From Octopus sinensis (lineage: Eukaryota): a DNA stretch of 64,000 nucleotides. A model generated the notes under the pieces. That model made no database searches, had not been told where the DNA came from, and saw only the letters and a list, made by a program, of their open reading frames with translations. Positions 25,900-39,800 of the stretch are shown here, in pieces (the first letter of the stretch is position 1; the number at the start of each line of letters is the position of its first letter). Location: the NCBI RefSeq assembly GCF_006345805.1, contig NC_043010.1, positions 20,832,001 through 20,896,000 on the forward strand, read 5' to 3'. The translations under genes were made by a program, and so were the position numbers.

Positions 25900-26900
25900 G
25901 AATCTGTTCAAAACGTGGAGTTCTTTCATTTGATCATATTATCGTTTCTTTAAGCAGAGTTATTTTAGATTTGGAGACATTTTCTCTTATTAAAAATCTA
26001 TACATTTATACACGAGAGTCGTCTCTTAAACCATACCAGAAAAGGAGGATTTGAATTTGTTCTTGAAAATTTGTAAATGTTCACTAAAAACTATCTTCTA
26101 TAATTCCGGATGATGCATTTGTTATGTATCTTTGTTCATTCACATAAAGAGTTGTTAGACTGGCCGATGTAATTGATGAAGGTTTCATATGTTGTATATC
26201 ATATCCGCATATATCTTGAAGGATCGCCTAGTTTTGAGTTTCATCTCCGAGCCAGTTTCCATCTGGTTGTAATTTTAAATGCTACATACTTCATTTCTGC
26301 TATTGCTGCAAGTTCTGAGAGAAAATTTTCTGCTATGAATTTTGGCCATGTGAAGAATCCGTTGAAGGTTTTTGATTAACGTTCGGTCTTGATGTCTAGC
26401 CTTTGAGAATCAAATCCTTGACTTCCTTCTGCGCTACAAAAAATGACTGGGGTTTCGTTTTGATGTAAGTGTATAGGTCAGACACTCATTGGTCAAAAGT
26501 GTTGAGAAATAAGATTACATTCTCTTTGATTGCTGGTGTTCTAAGTTGCAGTATATTTCTCTTTTTATTCCTGTTAATTTCAGTGGATATTACGGTAGTT
26601 TTAGAAAGTCTTTAAGATCGTCCGGTTGCATAAGTCGTTGGTCTAGATTGATCACTATTGCAAATATGCATCTTGTTACGCAGTATGTGATATTTCGTTT
26701 GATGCATGAAAGACGACACAAGTAAAAATTTAAATATTAGCCTCTTTAAAAAATATGTCTGTTGTTAACCTGGAATCATATAATTTAACAAGGATGTTCA
26801 TGAATGGTAGCTTATTCTCTCTAACTTCCATTGTAAATTTAGTGAACAGATAGGTGTTTACGTTGTTATGAAACATATACAGTTTTTTTTTCTGATCTAT
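25900..26900 (-). mobile_element. Degenerate Penelope-like RT remnant
   Basis: KFTMEVRENKLPFMNILVKLYDSRLTTDIFFK matches the Penelope RT KFTxE...LPFLD...TDxYxK pattern. Confidence 0.6.
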
Positions 26901-27889
26901 TCCAAAGTGTCCATGCGAAAGTGTAGGCGTACATAATATTGAAATTACGACGTCCATAGCATTGAACTAATTAAATCCTTAATCAGTCGATAAAATGTCA
27001 TGTTAATGAAATACACAATCAACTAAAGCCGAAACAAATGCCACCGATCACTGTATCCGAAGCGCTAACGACTTCACCTTCAGTTTGCGATGTATTATAC
27101 TCCAATTGGTTGAGTTTTATAACTAAACCGGTAATAATATCTACACCAGATATATTAATATTTCTTTCAGAAAACAATAACTGCACCACAAGAACAAACT
27201 TTCCTTTCAGCTGCTAAAAATGTAAGAGAGTTAGACCATGCTCACCCCTCCGTGGTTTAACTTTATTTTTCATTATTCTGCAAATTTTAAATAAAATAAA
27301 TTTCTAGTCACATAATAAGGCACTGAATTATAATTTATGTCACAACTGTTGACCCTACATCCGATTCCTGACGTTTGACCACCGGATGTAGATGTTTGTA
27401 ACTTTTCCTGAATTTCTGACGTATTTAGGAAAAGCAAGATTCATTGGTTTCTGCAACTACCCGCATCTATCGTGTTCTGTGAATAATGTAGTGTTTAAGA
27501 TAAGGAAATCAGTCTTAGTTTCTAAATAGTGATAAAATAAAAAGAATTTATTATTATAAACCACAGCGTCGACATTGTCATCGCGGATATTTGAGAGTTC
27601 TAAGTGATGGGCGATCTCGTTACGGGCTTAACTGAAGGGAAGACATCTACATGTTAGAAGCTATAATTCTTTGCTGTTGCTGCTGTTCCTCAGAGTGTCA
27701 GGCGCGTTCGAACTGATCTATGTTCAGCGGATTTTCAACCATCGTAATCCCGTTTAACACTAAATTATCCAATGGGACCTCCATTTCTTCAAATGGTAGA
27801 TGAACATTTGAGGGAGTCTGGCAACTATTTTTAGCAATTGTTACGACATTATTGAGGTTAATTTGTTGGCTCACACACATTGACATCGT

Positions 27890-28357
27890 GTCGACAGATC
27901 TCAATATCCTGACCCTGACGATTGTGGTCACAGACCTTGACGATCGAAGACGTTGGTCTTGGTGATCGGAGTCACTGACTGTGATGTCTGAACTAACTGA
28001 ACTTGATGGACGGACTCACTGTTCTTGCTGATTGTAGTCATTGACTCTGACAACTAAAGCCACCAACTTTCACGATTAGAGTCACTGACCTTGATGACTG
28101 GAGTCGCTGACCTTGACAACCAGAGTAATTACTTTTGAAGACTGGAGTCGTTGACTATGACGACTGGTACTTCTGACTTTTACATTTGGAATCACTGATC
28201 GTGACACAGAGTCGCTGACCTTCATCGCTGGAGTCACTGACTTTGGCGATTGAAGTGACATTGGTGAGTGGAGTCGGGAATCTTGATTAGTGGAGTCGCT
28301 GACCTTGCCTAGTAGAGTCGATGATTTTATCAAGAGTCGTTGACATTGACGATTGGG
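27890..28357. repeat. Degenerate ~22-bp minisatellite
   Basis: About 20 diverged units of GGAGTC(A/G)CTGACCTTGA(C/T)GA(C/T)T. Confidence 0.8.
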
Positions 28358-28605
28358 TTTTTGATGTGGAACTTCCTCTAAAAATGCAATTTACAGTGAT
28401 TTATCGAGTGACAGATATTTTGAAATGACATTCACACTTCACTACAACACAGCACTCGTCATTTACATTGCCTCCTCTGTCTATTAAATCAATTGAATGA
28501 AATTGTTATTGTTGTTTAGCTCTGATCCAGCACATTATTGATCAACACTGCAACACCCGTAATCATATCATTTGTATTCTTTACTCACCACTCACGCACA
28601 CACAC

Positions 28606-28637
<32 letters not shown>

Positions 28638-30447
28638 CATCGCAGACTTGTGTGTATATATACATGCATACATTGCAATCTTTATATCCTAGCTAATGTG
28701 TACATACTTATATATTTTAAGAACGCCATATTGCTGCAGTATTCGTGCTTCAAAGCACCTCGTTTAGATGTATAGTTTTAAAAAGCACAGAAATATCAGC
28801 GGCAGACAAAACATGCTTAGCATCTTCGGTGGAACTGTTACATCGCGCGATTTCTGCTTGTTTGTGCTTCATTAGCAGGAGGTGTACACTCTCACCATAT
28901 GTTCGCCAAACATAGTTTTCTCTGCTTTATAGGACTATGCGTCTATACGAGATGCTCCCTCAAGACAAGTAACGCAGTGCCGTTCTGCGCTTTTGGCTGA
29001 CTACACAACATTCAGTTAGATATTTTACCCAGTGGGTTTGGCTTGAAAGCGCTCGTATGGTGCATAGTTGGTCCTTAGCAACTTAACAGAAATCTGCTTA
29101 GGATTTTAATATTTTCAGAGAGGCGACCTGGTTTGAATATCTGCACCACCGTGGTTTTCGCTAAAGGTATGAACAGGGCCACTTGATAGAGTTAAACGGA
29201 TGCTGGACTAAGTCTATTTTTCAACAACAAGAATAGTGTTTTCATATGGACTTCATACGAGTCAACTGAATACTGTATTAGAAACGACTCGCCAAAGTTG
29301 CCGGACGTTGAGAATGAACATGGAGCCGTTTCAAAGAAGAGCGAATATGTTAACTAAATTTCATGTCATGGAAGAAAAGCTCGAAACTTACAAAACTGTG
29401 TGAATGCTTTCATTATTAATAAATACGAAAACGAAAATTACGAGAATGACATTTTCAAATACGCAATAAAAGAAATAAAAATAATTACTAAATATTAGAA
29501 TAAATACATTTATGTATTTGGTTTGGAAGCTCCTTGATGTGAAATCGTGTTCTGAAACAGATATTGTTATATTTATGGACGGTCATATTGCCAGTAAACA
29601 CACACGCTATATATTTGATCTTCACGCCGAAGAACAGATAGTTATTAAAGAGGTCACAGAATGTGTGACGAAAGAACTTTGACCAACAAACTAATAATAA
29701 TAATGATAAGGCTAAAATGGCAGTCAAATAATAGTTCGTTTGGTTACTGGCAAAAGGACCCTCCCTATATATAACGATGAATAATAAAATTCAAAATAAA
29801 TTAAAATAAAATGAAAGAATACAGTAATTAAAATGAACAAACAGTAAAATAAATAAATGCAAAATGAAAATAAAAGAATAATTAAATGAAGTATACGTCA
29901 CTGACAGTGAAAACGAAGTATAATGTAGAACAGAAAGAAGGGAGGTAAGTCTAACTTCTCGATCTAAGGGAGATAATTCAGATATTTTTATTTTCGTAAT
30001 GGACGTTATCCTGTCAGAGTGACATTTAATTCTCGACTCATCGCGATAAAGTAGGGTTTTCATGAAAGGCACTCCAGTCGTGGCCAACTGTTCTGTTATT
30101 TTGTTTTCGTAGAAAGGCTGGTGAACAGATAAATATGTAAGACGAAATATAGAATGAATTTAAGGAGAGTCTGCGATATATCAGATCGAAGAATACATGC
30201 CTGTCGTTGGTGAACTTTACTGATGTTTCTTACCAATTTATATACTTTAAGGCAAGTTACACGCTTATACATACATACATACATACATACATACATACAT
30301 ACATAGGTTCATTAGGCTTAGAAATTTACATAAAAACCTAGAAATACTTTGACTTTGGAAAAACGATCAAAGGAAACTGATTCGCATTCTCCCAATCCGA
30401 TCTATTAATAGCACAGTCAAAATCTGTTGGACACTACAAAGATTCTA

Positions 30448-30638
30448 CAGTTCTATATTTAAGAGATGAGGAATTATTTACATTATTTACATCATTTACA
30501 TTTGACGGATATTTGTCCTCATCTTGTTTGTTGTTAACACAATGTTTCAGCTGATATACCCTCCAGCCTTCATCATGTGTCTTGGGGAAATTTTGAACCT
30601 CAGTTCTCACTCCTAAGGTATTTTCGATGTTATTATTA
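30448..30638 (-). mobile_element. Penelope-like terminal repeat (degenerate hammerhead); inverted partner of 35990-36169
   Basis: Reverse complement of 35990-36169; hammerhead core mutated to ATGATGA. Confidence 0.65.
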
Positions 30639-30718
30639 TATGCCCACCGACATATGGCGTAGTGGTTAAGAGCGCGGGCTACTAACCCCATGATTCTGAG
30701 TCCGATTCCAGGCAGTGA

Positions 30719-30768
<50 letters not shown>

Positions 30769-30792
30769 TAATAATAATAATATAATAATAAT

Positions 30793-33700
30793 GTTCTCTG
30801 GTCGAACACAACTTCTCTATTCACAAACAATACAGGACACCCCTTCCTTAATTTTTCTTAAGGCTAATAGTAGTAAACATCTGAACTTTTTTTGACCCCA
30901 CCCAAAAAAAAAAAAAAAAAAAAAAAAGATAGTAATAGTGCTGATATTCTATCTATCTATCTACACACACACACACACAAACCTCACCTCGGCTCTATTG
31001 TTAACCAAATATGAAAGTATTATTTGACAGGCAAGAACTCTGGCATTGAAGACAGTCAGCCAGCCAACCACCAAGCCAGCCAACGAGACAGACATACACT
31101 ACTGTGATGGTGATAATGATAAAAAAACAAAAATAACAATAATAAGATACTGCTGTGACTACACATAAGACAATATCATTGATGATGATGGTGGTGATGG
31201 TGATGGTGATGATGATGATGATGATGGTAATGGTGGTGATAATGATGATAGTGATGGTAATGGTGAAGATAATAACAATAATAAGCCGACTACGGCTGCT
31301 ATAATGGTACGATTATAATTGTAACGGCAATGATGGCCGTCTCCCCACGAGCCAATCAAAGCTAAAAAATGATAACATTATCGTAGCACCAAAATGTTTT
31401 TGGAAACTAAAAGGAAAACTAAATCAGTATACCAAATCGCTTGTCCTATGGTTAATCTGGAAGCGCGTCCCCCAGGGAAGAGCCAGCCTGGGATCGAAAA
31501 GTCATCAACTGGCACAAACTCTTCTCCGAATACGGACATGGATGGTCACTTGAACGGGAAATCCCCCAACTCGAGCCCTCCAAGTTCACCACCACAACCA
31601 CCACAGAAAGAAAAATGTAAGCGGAACAAATGGACCCGAGAAGAGTATAAAGAAGTAATATACGCTTATTACTATGCATTAGGTAGGCCATCTCAAGAGA
31701 GACACACCGCAAACTCTTACAGTATATGGAGAACACGGAATCAAGACAGTAGGCCCTATTGGACGAGAACAAATTAGCAAATGTGAGGAGGGATATCTTT
31801 AGAAATAACAGACTCACAGACAGTGAAATAAGTGCGATCAAGCACGCAACGGAAAATGACATAAATATAAGACACAAAGGAAATGAAGAATCAGATGAAC
31901 AGTATAGCCCGCCACGAGGCTTAATTGAAAGACTGCCATCTGACCAAAGTACGCAAAGGCCTGAAGATACAAGAAATTCTATTGTACCTGTTAAGATAGC
32001 CAGGAAAACGAAAAAACAACAGTAACTGAAGATCTCGCATTTGCTGAAGAACACAGAGAGTCTATGGCAGAAATGAGGCAGAAAATCCTGAATACGCTTG
32101 AAGTTGTAAGACATACAAGTATGAATGATAGAGAACCGCTTCATAAACTCTCAAATACAAACCAAAATAAAAAACAAATCCAAATTGGCAACTATGTAAC
32201 AAATGAAATAATACGAGAATTAAAACCTGATTTTACTGAGTTAAATGAAATTATTTACGCTTCTGCTAGGGCAATTGAAACCAGCTGTATTCCCCCGAAA
32301 AAACAAAGAAAACAAAACCTGGGAAGAAATCAAACCTGGAGAAGTAAAATTGAAAAAGAGATTGAATTTATGAGAGGGGAAATATCAATATTAAATGAAC
32401 TAATATGTGGAAATGATGTAAGATCCAGAACAGGAAGAAAGATGAAGAGAAAATTTGGATCCTCACCAAGAGAAGAACTGATATCAATAAAAGAAACGCT
32501 GAAACAAAAAGTCCAAGCAAAAGCCAAAGAATACGAAGATTTGAGAAGAGAAACAAGTTTTACAAGCAAAATAAGCTGTTCACATCCAATGCCAAAAAAT
32601 TCTACAGAGAAATAGGGAAGGAGAAAGTAACCGTTAAAGACCCCCCTCCCATGGAAGAAGTTCAAAACTTTTGGAAAGGATTTGGAGTGACAAGAAGACG
32701 TACAACATAAATGCAGACTGGATTATACAAACTGAAGGATCCTACCAAAATTTACAACAACAAGCATGGGAAGACATCACAATAGCAGACCTAAGAAAGG
32801 CACTCACGAAGGCCCATAACTGGAAATCCCCCGGTAAAGATAGGGTGCCGAATTTCTGGCTCGCATCGCTCCCGTGCGCACACGGTAAGCTAGTTCAGCT
32901 GCTCAATGGAATTTTGAGAGACCCAAAGAAAACACCTGAATGGTTAGCAAGTGGCATTACTTACCTACTCCCAAAGAATAACGAAACCAACCTTCCAAAA
33001 AACTATCGGCCTATAACCTGTCAATCCACCACGTATAAAATCCTAACATCTATCCTGGCGGAGAAAACATATGCATTCATGGAGAAGAACGATATTTTCC
33101 CCATTGAACAAAAAGGGTGCCGCCGAGGCTCTTACGGATGCAAAGATCAACTGCTAATCAATCGTATGATCCTTGAGAACTGTCACAACAAGCGCAGAAA
33201 TCTCAGCACCGCATGGATTGACTATAAAAAGGCCTTCGACAGTATACCGCATCCATGGATCTTGAGATCGCTGGACATCTTTAAAATTTCCCCTGTGATT
33301 TCAAACTTCCTGAAGCACAATATGTCGTTGTGGAATACGAATCTCCAATTATACCACTCTAATGGAGTACTTGCCTCAGAAAATATAAACATCAACTGTG
33401 GAATTTTTCAAGGTGACTCACTTTCACCTTTAATATTCTGCATAGCCCCAATACCCCTTACAAGTGAATTAAACAGAACAGGGTATGGGTATAAAATTGC
33501 CAATAAAAAAATAAGCCATCTATTTTATATGGATGACTTAAAACTTTATGGTAAAGACAATAATGAACTTGAAGGCCTATTGCGCACCGTGAAAGCATTC
33601 AGCGATGACATCGGGATGGAGTTTGGACTTGAGAAGTGTGCCAAGGCCACTTTCCAGAAAGGGAAAGTGAAGACCACAAATTCAGTCGTGTTAGATGTTG

Positions 33701-35262
33701 ACACAGTCATAAGAGAGCTTGAGCAAGAACAGACATACAAATATTTAGGGATAAATGAAGGCTCTGGTATTCAACATGCAAGCATGAAAGAGAAAATCAG
33801 GAAGGAATGTTATAGGAGAGTTCGTGCAGTCCTGAAATCTGAACTAAATGCACGTAACAAGGTGTTAGCTATAAATTCCTTAGCAGTTCCAGTTGTTACT
33901 TATAGCTACAATGTGTTGAACTGGAATATGAGTGAAGTAAAGAATATAGATAGAAAAATACGCAAGCTGCTGAGTTGTAATAGGATGCACCACCCAAAGG
34001 CAGACGTAGATCGCCTTTACCTTCCCAGAGCCCAAGGAGGTCGAGGCCTGATCCAATTTGAACTAGCTTACAAAACAACCACAATTGGACTGGCCAAATA
34101 TCTCGAAATATCGAATGACTGGATGCTAAAGCTCGTGGAAAATCACGAGAGACGAAAGAAGCTTCATTCTATCATCAAGGAAAGCAAAAATTTGCTATTG
34201 ATCTCGTGCAGGATACCCAAACTGAACAACCCGAGGGAAGTACGGCAACTATTGTTGCAAAGAAGGTGAAAATGATGGCAATGAAAAAAGCGCACGAGCA
34301 ATTGGCTGATAGGTGGGAGGAGAAACCTCTGCACGGCAAATATGTGACCCCCGCAGCAAACAAGCTGATGTTGACCAGAAGCAAACCCATCAGTGGCTGC
34401 GGAGCTCAGGGCTAAAAGCAGAGAGCGAAGGTTTCATCCTGGCTGCTCAAGACCAAAGCCTATTAACCCGGAACTACCAGGCCAATGTGATGAAAAATGG
34501 AGCAGACCCAAAATGCCGATTCTGCAACGACATGATTGAAACAGTGGACCACCTAATCTCTGGATGTAAAGTTTTAGCACCAGTGGAGTATAAATTAAGA
34601 CATGACAGAGTTGGCCAATATCTCCACTGGCTAATAAGTCGGCATTACAATATCAAAACTGCCGACAAGTGGTATAATCACCACCCTGAGGCTGTAACTG
34701 AAGGAGAAAATGTAACCATTCTGTGGGACTTTCCAGTACATACAGACCGAACCATCAAGGCCAATAAACCAGATATTGTTGTGAAAGACCAAAACAATAA
34801 AGTTTGCTTATTGATCGACATGAGCATCCCCTGTGATCATAATATCTCAGCGAAAGAGTTTGACAAGCTCAGAAAATACAAAGACCTACTCATTGAAATT
34901 GAGAAAATGTGGCATCTCAAGGCGGTTACAATACCAGTGATCGTAGGAGCACTAGGAATGATCAAGAAGGGAACCGAAAATTATATGAGAATGATCCCTG
35001 GCTTACCATCCCTGGAAGAAGTGCAAAAGATTGTCTTAACTGGTACATCACACGTATTGAGAAGAGCATTGTCGATGTGAGAACTGTTGCTGCTCATGTA
35101 TTTTAATTTAACTTAAAAAAAAAAAAAAAAAAAAAATGAACGAACTACTGAGTTTGGTTTAATGGCCTACCAATATACACTATGAGTTTCTTTGCCCTAG
35201 GAGTCGGGAAGACACTCGGCAAGAAATGGAAGAAAATTTGAAAGAAGAAAAAAAAAGTAAAA
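30793..35262 (+). mobile_element. Near full-length R4/Dong-clade non-LTR retrotransposon (RT + CCHC + restriction-like endonuclease), frameshifted
   Basis: ORF pieces 31394..35080: RNKWTREE N-terminal motif; RT (NYRPITC, WIDYKKAFDS, GIFQGDSLSP, LFYMDDLK, YKYLG); CRFC-ETVDHLISGC knuckle; RHD; KPDIVV..LLIDMSIP RLE. (AAT)n on both sides; the 5' boundary is approximate. Confidence 0.9.
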
Positions 35263-35314
35263 ATAATAATAATAATGATAATAATAATAATATAATAATA
35301 ATAATAATAATAAT

Positions 35315-35912
35315 AAAGAAGGAATATATTCACAGACATGACAGAGTTGGAACCTACATACATTGGAAGCTATGCCAACATTATGGAATAACAACAGAAA
35401 AAAGATGGTATAGGCACACACCAGAAAAGGTCACAAAAAACGAGAAAGCAACCATACTCTGGGATATGCCGATACACACAGATAGAGAAATTAAGGCCAA
35501 CAGACCAGATATAGTTGTCAGAGATCATGAAAAAAAAAATGCTTTCTAATTGATGTATCAATACCGGCAGATGACAACGTGTCTCTAAAAGAAATGGAGA
35601 AACTCTCAAAATACAAAGACCTGGAAATAGAGGTAACTAGAATGTGGAATCTGAAAACAGAAACAATTCCTATCATAGTAGGTGCATTAGGCATGATAAA
35701 AAAATATTCAGACAAATACATAACAAAAACACCAGGACTTACAAACACATATAACATACAGAAAATTGCACTACTAGGCACTGCACACATCCTACGCAGA
35801 ACACTTTCCATACAATAACCATCAGAGCATCACAACAAATCACAGCACATACTCAAGGCACACAGAGCTGCGCTCGGTAGTGAAGTGAAAGCACGCTATA
35901 AAAATTATACTA

Positions 35913-35917
<5 letters not shown>
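35315..35917 (+). mobile_element. 5'-truncated R4/Dong fragment, second subfamily
   Basis: RHDRVGTYIHWKLC...ILWDMPIHTDREIKANRPDIVV...IPIIVGALG; (AAT)n on both sides. Confidence 0.9.
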
Positions 35918-35997
<80 letters not shown>

Positions 35998-36044
35998 TCG
36001 AAAAATACCTTAGGAATGTGAACTGAGGTTCTAAATTTCCTCAA

Positions 36045-36090
36045 GACACCTGATGAAGGCTGGAGGGTATATCAGCCGAAACGTTGTGTT
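36045..36090 (+). ncRNA. Minimal hammerhead ribozyme motif in a Penelope-like terminal repeat
   Basis: GACAC-CTGATGA-A-GGCTG(loop)CAGCC-GAAA-CGTT-GTGTT: stem I, core, stem II and palindromic AACGTT in place of stem III. Confidence 0.7.
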
Positions 36091-36690
36091 AATAACAAAC
36101 AAGATGAGGAGAAATATCCGTAAAATGTAAATAATGTAAACAATTCCTCATCACTTAAATATAGAACTGAAAAACATAACTGTGAAACAAATATTGAGGG
36201 ATGCTAAGCCAGACGGGGTAAGGTGGCGAACGCTGAGGAACATTCTTTGACAGGAGAAAATATGGGAGAGGAGACAAACAAGAATACGTCTGGTCTGTGC
36301 AACAGACCGGAAGAATAGAAAGATCAACACGTTTGGGGAAAAAAAGATGGACGATAGTCACGTGTGTGTGTGGAGGTGCAATAGCCCAGCAATTAGGGCA
36401 GCGGAGTCGCAGTTTTGGGATCGCGGTTTCGAAGCTAGAGCGGGCGTTGTGTGTGTTTATTGAGCGAAAACACCTAAAGCTCCACGAGTCTCCGGCAGGG
36501 GGTGGTGGCGAACCCTGCTATATTCTTTTACAACTTTCTCTCACTCTTTCTTCCTGTTTCTGTTGTACCTGTATTTCAAAGGGCCATCCTTGTCACACTG
36601 AATCTTCCCGAGAACTACGTTAGGGGTACACGTGTCTGCGGAGTGTTCAGCCACTTGCACGTTAATTTCACAAGCAGGCTGTTCCGTTGA

Positions 36691-36792
<102 letters not shown>

Positions 36793-37597
36793 TCAAATGA
36801 ATTTGGTACTTAAGTTGGAGGCACCAGAATTTAGCATGGTTATTATCCATATAATTTAAAATAAGGTGATTATAATCAAAATAAGCAACAAGGATATCCA
36901 GAGATAGTGCAGTACGATCGTTTTATGCGACTCCATTTAATTGAACAATGCAATCATTGCATCAATTTAAAATGCAGAGCAATCCTCAGCTGCATAAAAA
37001 TATAGAATTTAGTTAAATTCGAAGGGCTCATTAGTATATTTATTTTATCCAAAATCACCAAGAGGATAAGTAGATAGACAAAGAACATGTTTTACCAACA
37101 ACATCACAGTTGTAACAAAGATTTTTTCAAAAAAGACACTGCGTATCACTGATAATTTTCTGCTATTTAGATTTACTAAGGGTAGGGGGGTCAGTTTTAA
37201 TTTATAGGCTAGTTTATCAATATATATAACATAGAAATATCATACGATGTTAGAGACGTAAGTAAAATACGTGATGGAGAAAGAATGGAAATATGAAACC
37301 ACGCTGTTATCACGTAAAGTATATATTCTAAGAAAATAAACACAGATGTGTATGATTTAAGGTTCAGAATTCTAAGCTTACTCAAAGAGAAGTAAAAGCA
37401 ATAAGAGAAGTTAGAGAAATAGAAATAGAATCGGCAGCCAGTTTGTGAAACCCGTTCATATAGCAGACTTATCATAAAATGAATAGTATGACATTTGAAG
37501 CGAAAGGGGAAGCAGTCTGGATTACTGTGAGAGTAACGAAGGGGTGAGGGAAGAGTGAAGGAGAGAGAAGGAAAGGGAGATAGAGGGAGAGAGAGTG

Positions 37598-37629
<32 letters not shown>

Positions 37630-38105
37630 GGAAAGAGAGAGAGAGAGAGAGTAAAGAAGAATGTAGTGGAAGTTGAGAAAGATGGAGAGGAAAAGAGCAA
37701 GAAAGTGAGCGCAGGAACGGAGGTCCTCAAGATATCGACGTGCGTGTGTAGAAGGCGTATGGCTCAGTGGTTAGAGCGTCGAGCTTACGATCGTGAGGTT
37801 GTGAGTTCGAATCCTGGATCGGGCTGCGTGTTGTGTTCGTGAGCAAGACATTTTATTTCACGTTGCTCCTGTTCACTCAGCTGTAGAAATGAGTTGCGAC
37901 GTCACAGGTGCCAAGCTGTATCGGCCCCTTTGCCTTTCCCTTGGATAACACTGGTGGCGTGGAGAGGGTAGGCCGGGTGACTGCTGGTCTTCCATAAACA
38001 TCCTTGTGCCTGGGAGGGTAACTTTCTAGGTGCAATCCCACTGTCAGTCATGACCGAAGGGGGTCTCAGCAATACATCTATCTAAGAAATCATCTCTCTC
38101 CCCAC

Positions 38106-38137
<32 letters not shown>

Positions 38138-38512
38138 CGTGCTGCTACTGTATAAACCTCTCTGAGAGATTTAGAAATGCAATATTTCTAATTTCGAAAT
38201 CAGTGAATGTATTTCCCTTGAAATAAATATGTTTTCAATGGCGAATAAGCATCAACAGCTGGCAAGCAATGATGATCAGTGACTCTGAAACTAGTCTCTG
38301 GATGCTGGCTTTGCTGGGTGGAGGTGCTTATCTCCCCCTTTGAAAACATAAGGACACAGAAAATGTGTTATGGCCAACTGGAAACGGTGTTACCTAGGGC
38401 TAAATAGCAGTAGCATTCTTCCCTTTCATGGGACTGCCACATTAAGTTGACAACATGCCATCACTTTATCGTGCTGCTACTGCATAAATCTCTCTGAGAG
38501 ATTTAGAAATGC

Positions 38513-38582
<70 letters not shown>

Positions 38583-38734
38583 GGAACTGCTATTGATGTA
38601 CTAGCAATATACTTCCGGAGTGGGGCAGTAATTGGGCAAAATTTCGGGTCAAGTAACCGAAAACAAGTTAGAATAACCAAAGACCATTTCGTTGGGGTTG
38701 ACTCTGCCTTTCATCCTTTCAGGGGTCGATAATA

Positions 38735-38966
38735 CCGGGTGTTCAAAATGTCTCTCCGCAGTGAGTTCTTTTCCACCCTGCACCTCACCATGGCGCTACC
38801 TCAAGAGTTTTTCAGTGAATGGATTATTTCGAAGGGACTTTGGCTACCAAGTTCACCTGATTCAACACCGCCAGACTTTTTTTTCTGGGGAGCATGTAAA
38901 GGATCAGTGTACAAGAATCGCCCGAAAAACCATCAAATACTGCGGAGAGACTTTTTGAGCACCCCG
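38735..38966 (+). mobile_element. Internally deleted Tc1/mariner-superfamily DNA transposon nested in a SINE
   Basis: 28-bp TIRs (CCGGGTGTTCAAAATGTCTCTCCGCAGT, 3 mismatches), TA on each side, internal WLPSSPDSTPPDFFFWG relic of the WPxxSPDLxPxDFFxWG motif. Confidence 0.88.
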
Positions 38967-39043
38967 TATAAATACCAGTAGAGTCAATGTAATACACTTC
39001 CCCTCCCCTCAAAACCGCTGGCCTTGTGTCAAAATTTGAAACC

Positions 39044-39725
39044 AACGTTTCCGCTGATAAACTCTCCAGCCTTCATCAGGTGTGTTGAGGAACTTTCGAA
39101 CCTGGGTTCTCATTCCTAAGGTATTTTTCGATGTTATTATTATTATTAATATTATTATTATTATTATTATTGAGTGAGAGAGCAGTTCATGCCATCAAAG
39201 TGACACTGGGGTAAAATATACGAAGCCCAATATACCCATCATGACTACCCGTCTGATAAAGGTACACCAGGCACATGCATCACAACCATATGTGCGCGAC
39301 ATGGTAATCTCATATCAAAATAAACAGCACATGACCTTGCAGGTGGGGCCCGGTTAGAATTTTCTTCAGGTTGAGTAGCCCATCCTGCTCAAAAGGTCCC
39401 TGAATAAGGGTTGCTTTAGGATGTTGAACGAAACACCTATGTTTCCAGAGGTGAATTATTCAAACTCCAAAGAATCCCTCTCAACACATGGCCATGATGC
39501 TCCCCCACTACTTCTGCTCGTGATCAGAGATGCACGTATTGTCAGCCACTAAGGGACATGCTCAACTGGTTACGGTCAAACAACTGACAAGCAAATTTGT
39601 GGTATTGAGCAGAATATTTGCTGTAGCCCATCTTTTATACCAAGACAAAACAATGTACATGATAACACTTCCAATCAGTTAAGATCAGAAGCCATGAGAG
39701 CCACTGCCTGGTACTGCATCAGGGC

Positions 39726-39800
<75 letters not shown>

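Noticed and set aside
27890-28357. CRISPR-like appearance of the short repeats
   Set aside because: Contiguous degenerate units without unique spacers, no cas genes, and a eukaryotic context.
30657-30720. tRNA gene calls for tRNA-like sequences here and at SINE heads
   Set aside because: They run into repeat bodies, are multi-copy and lack a clean acceptor stem; treated as SINE-type heads.
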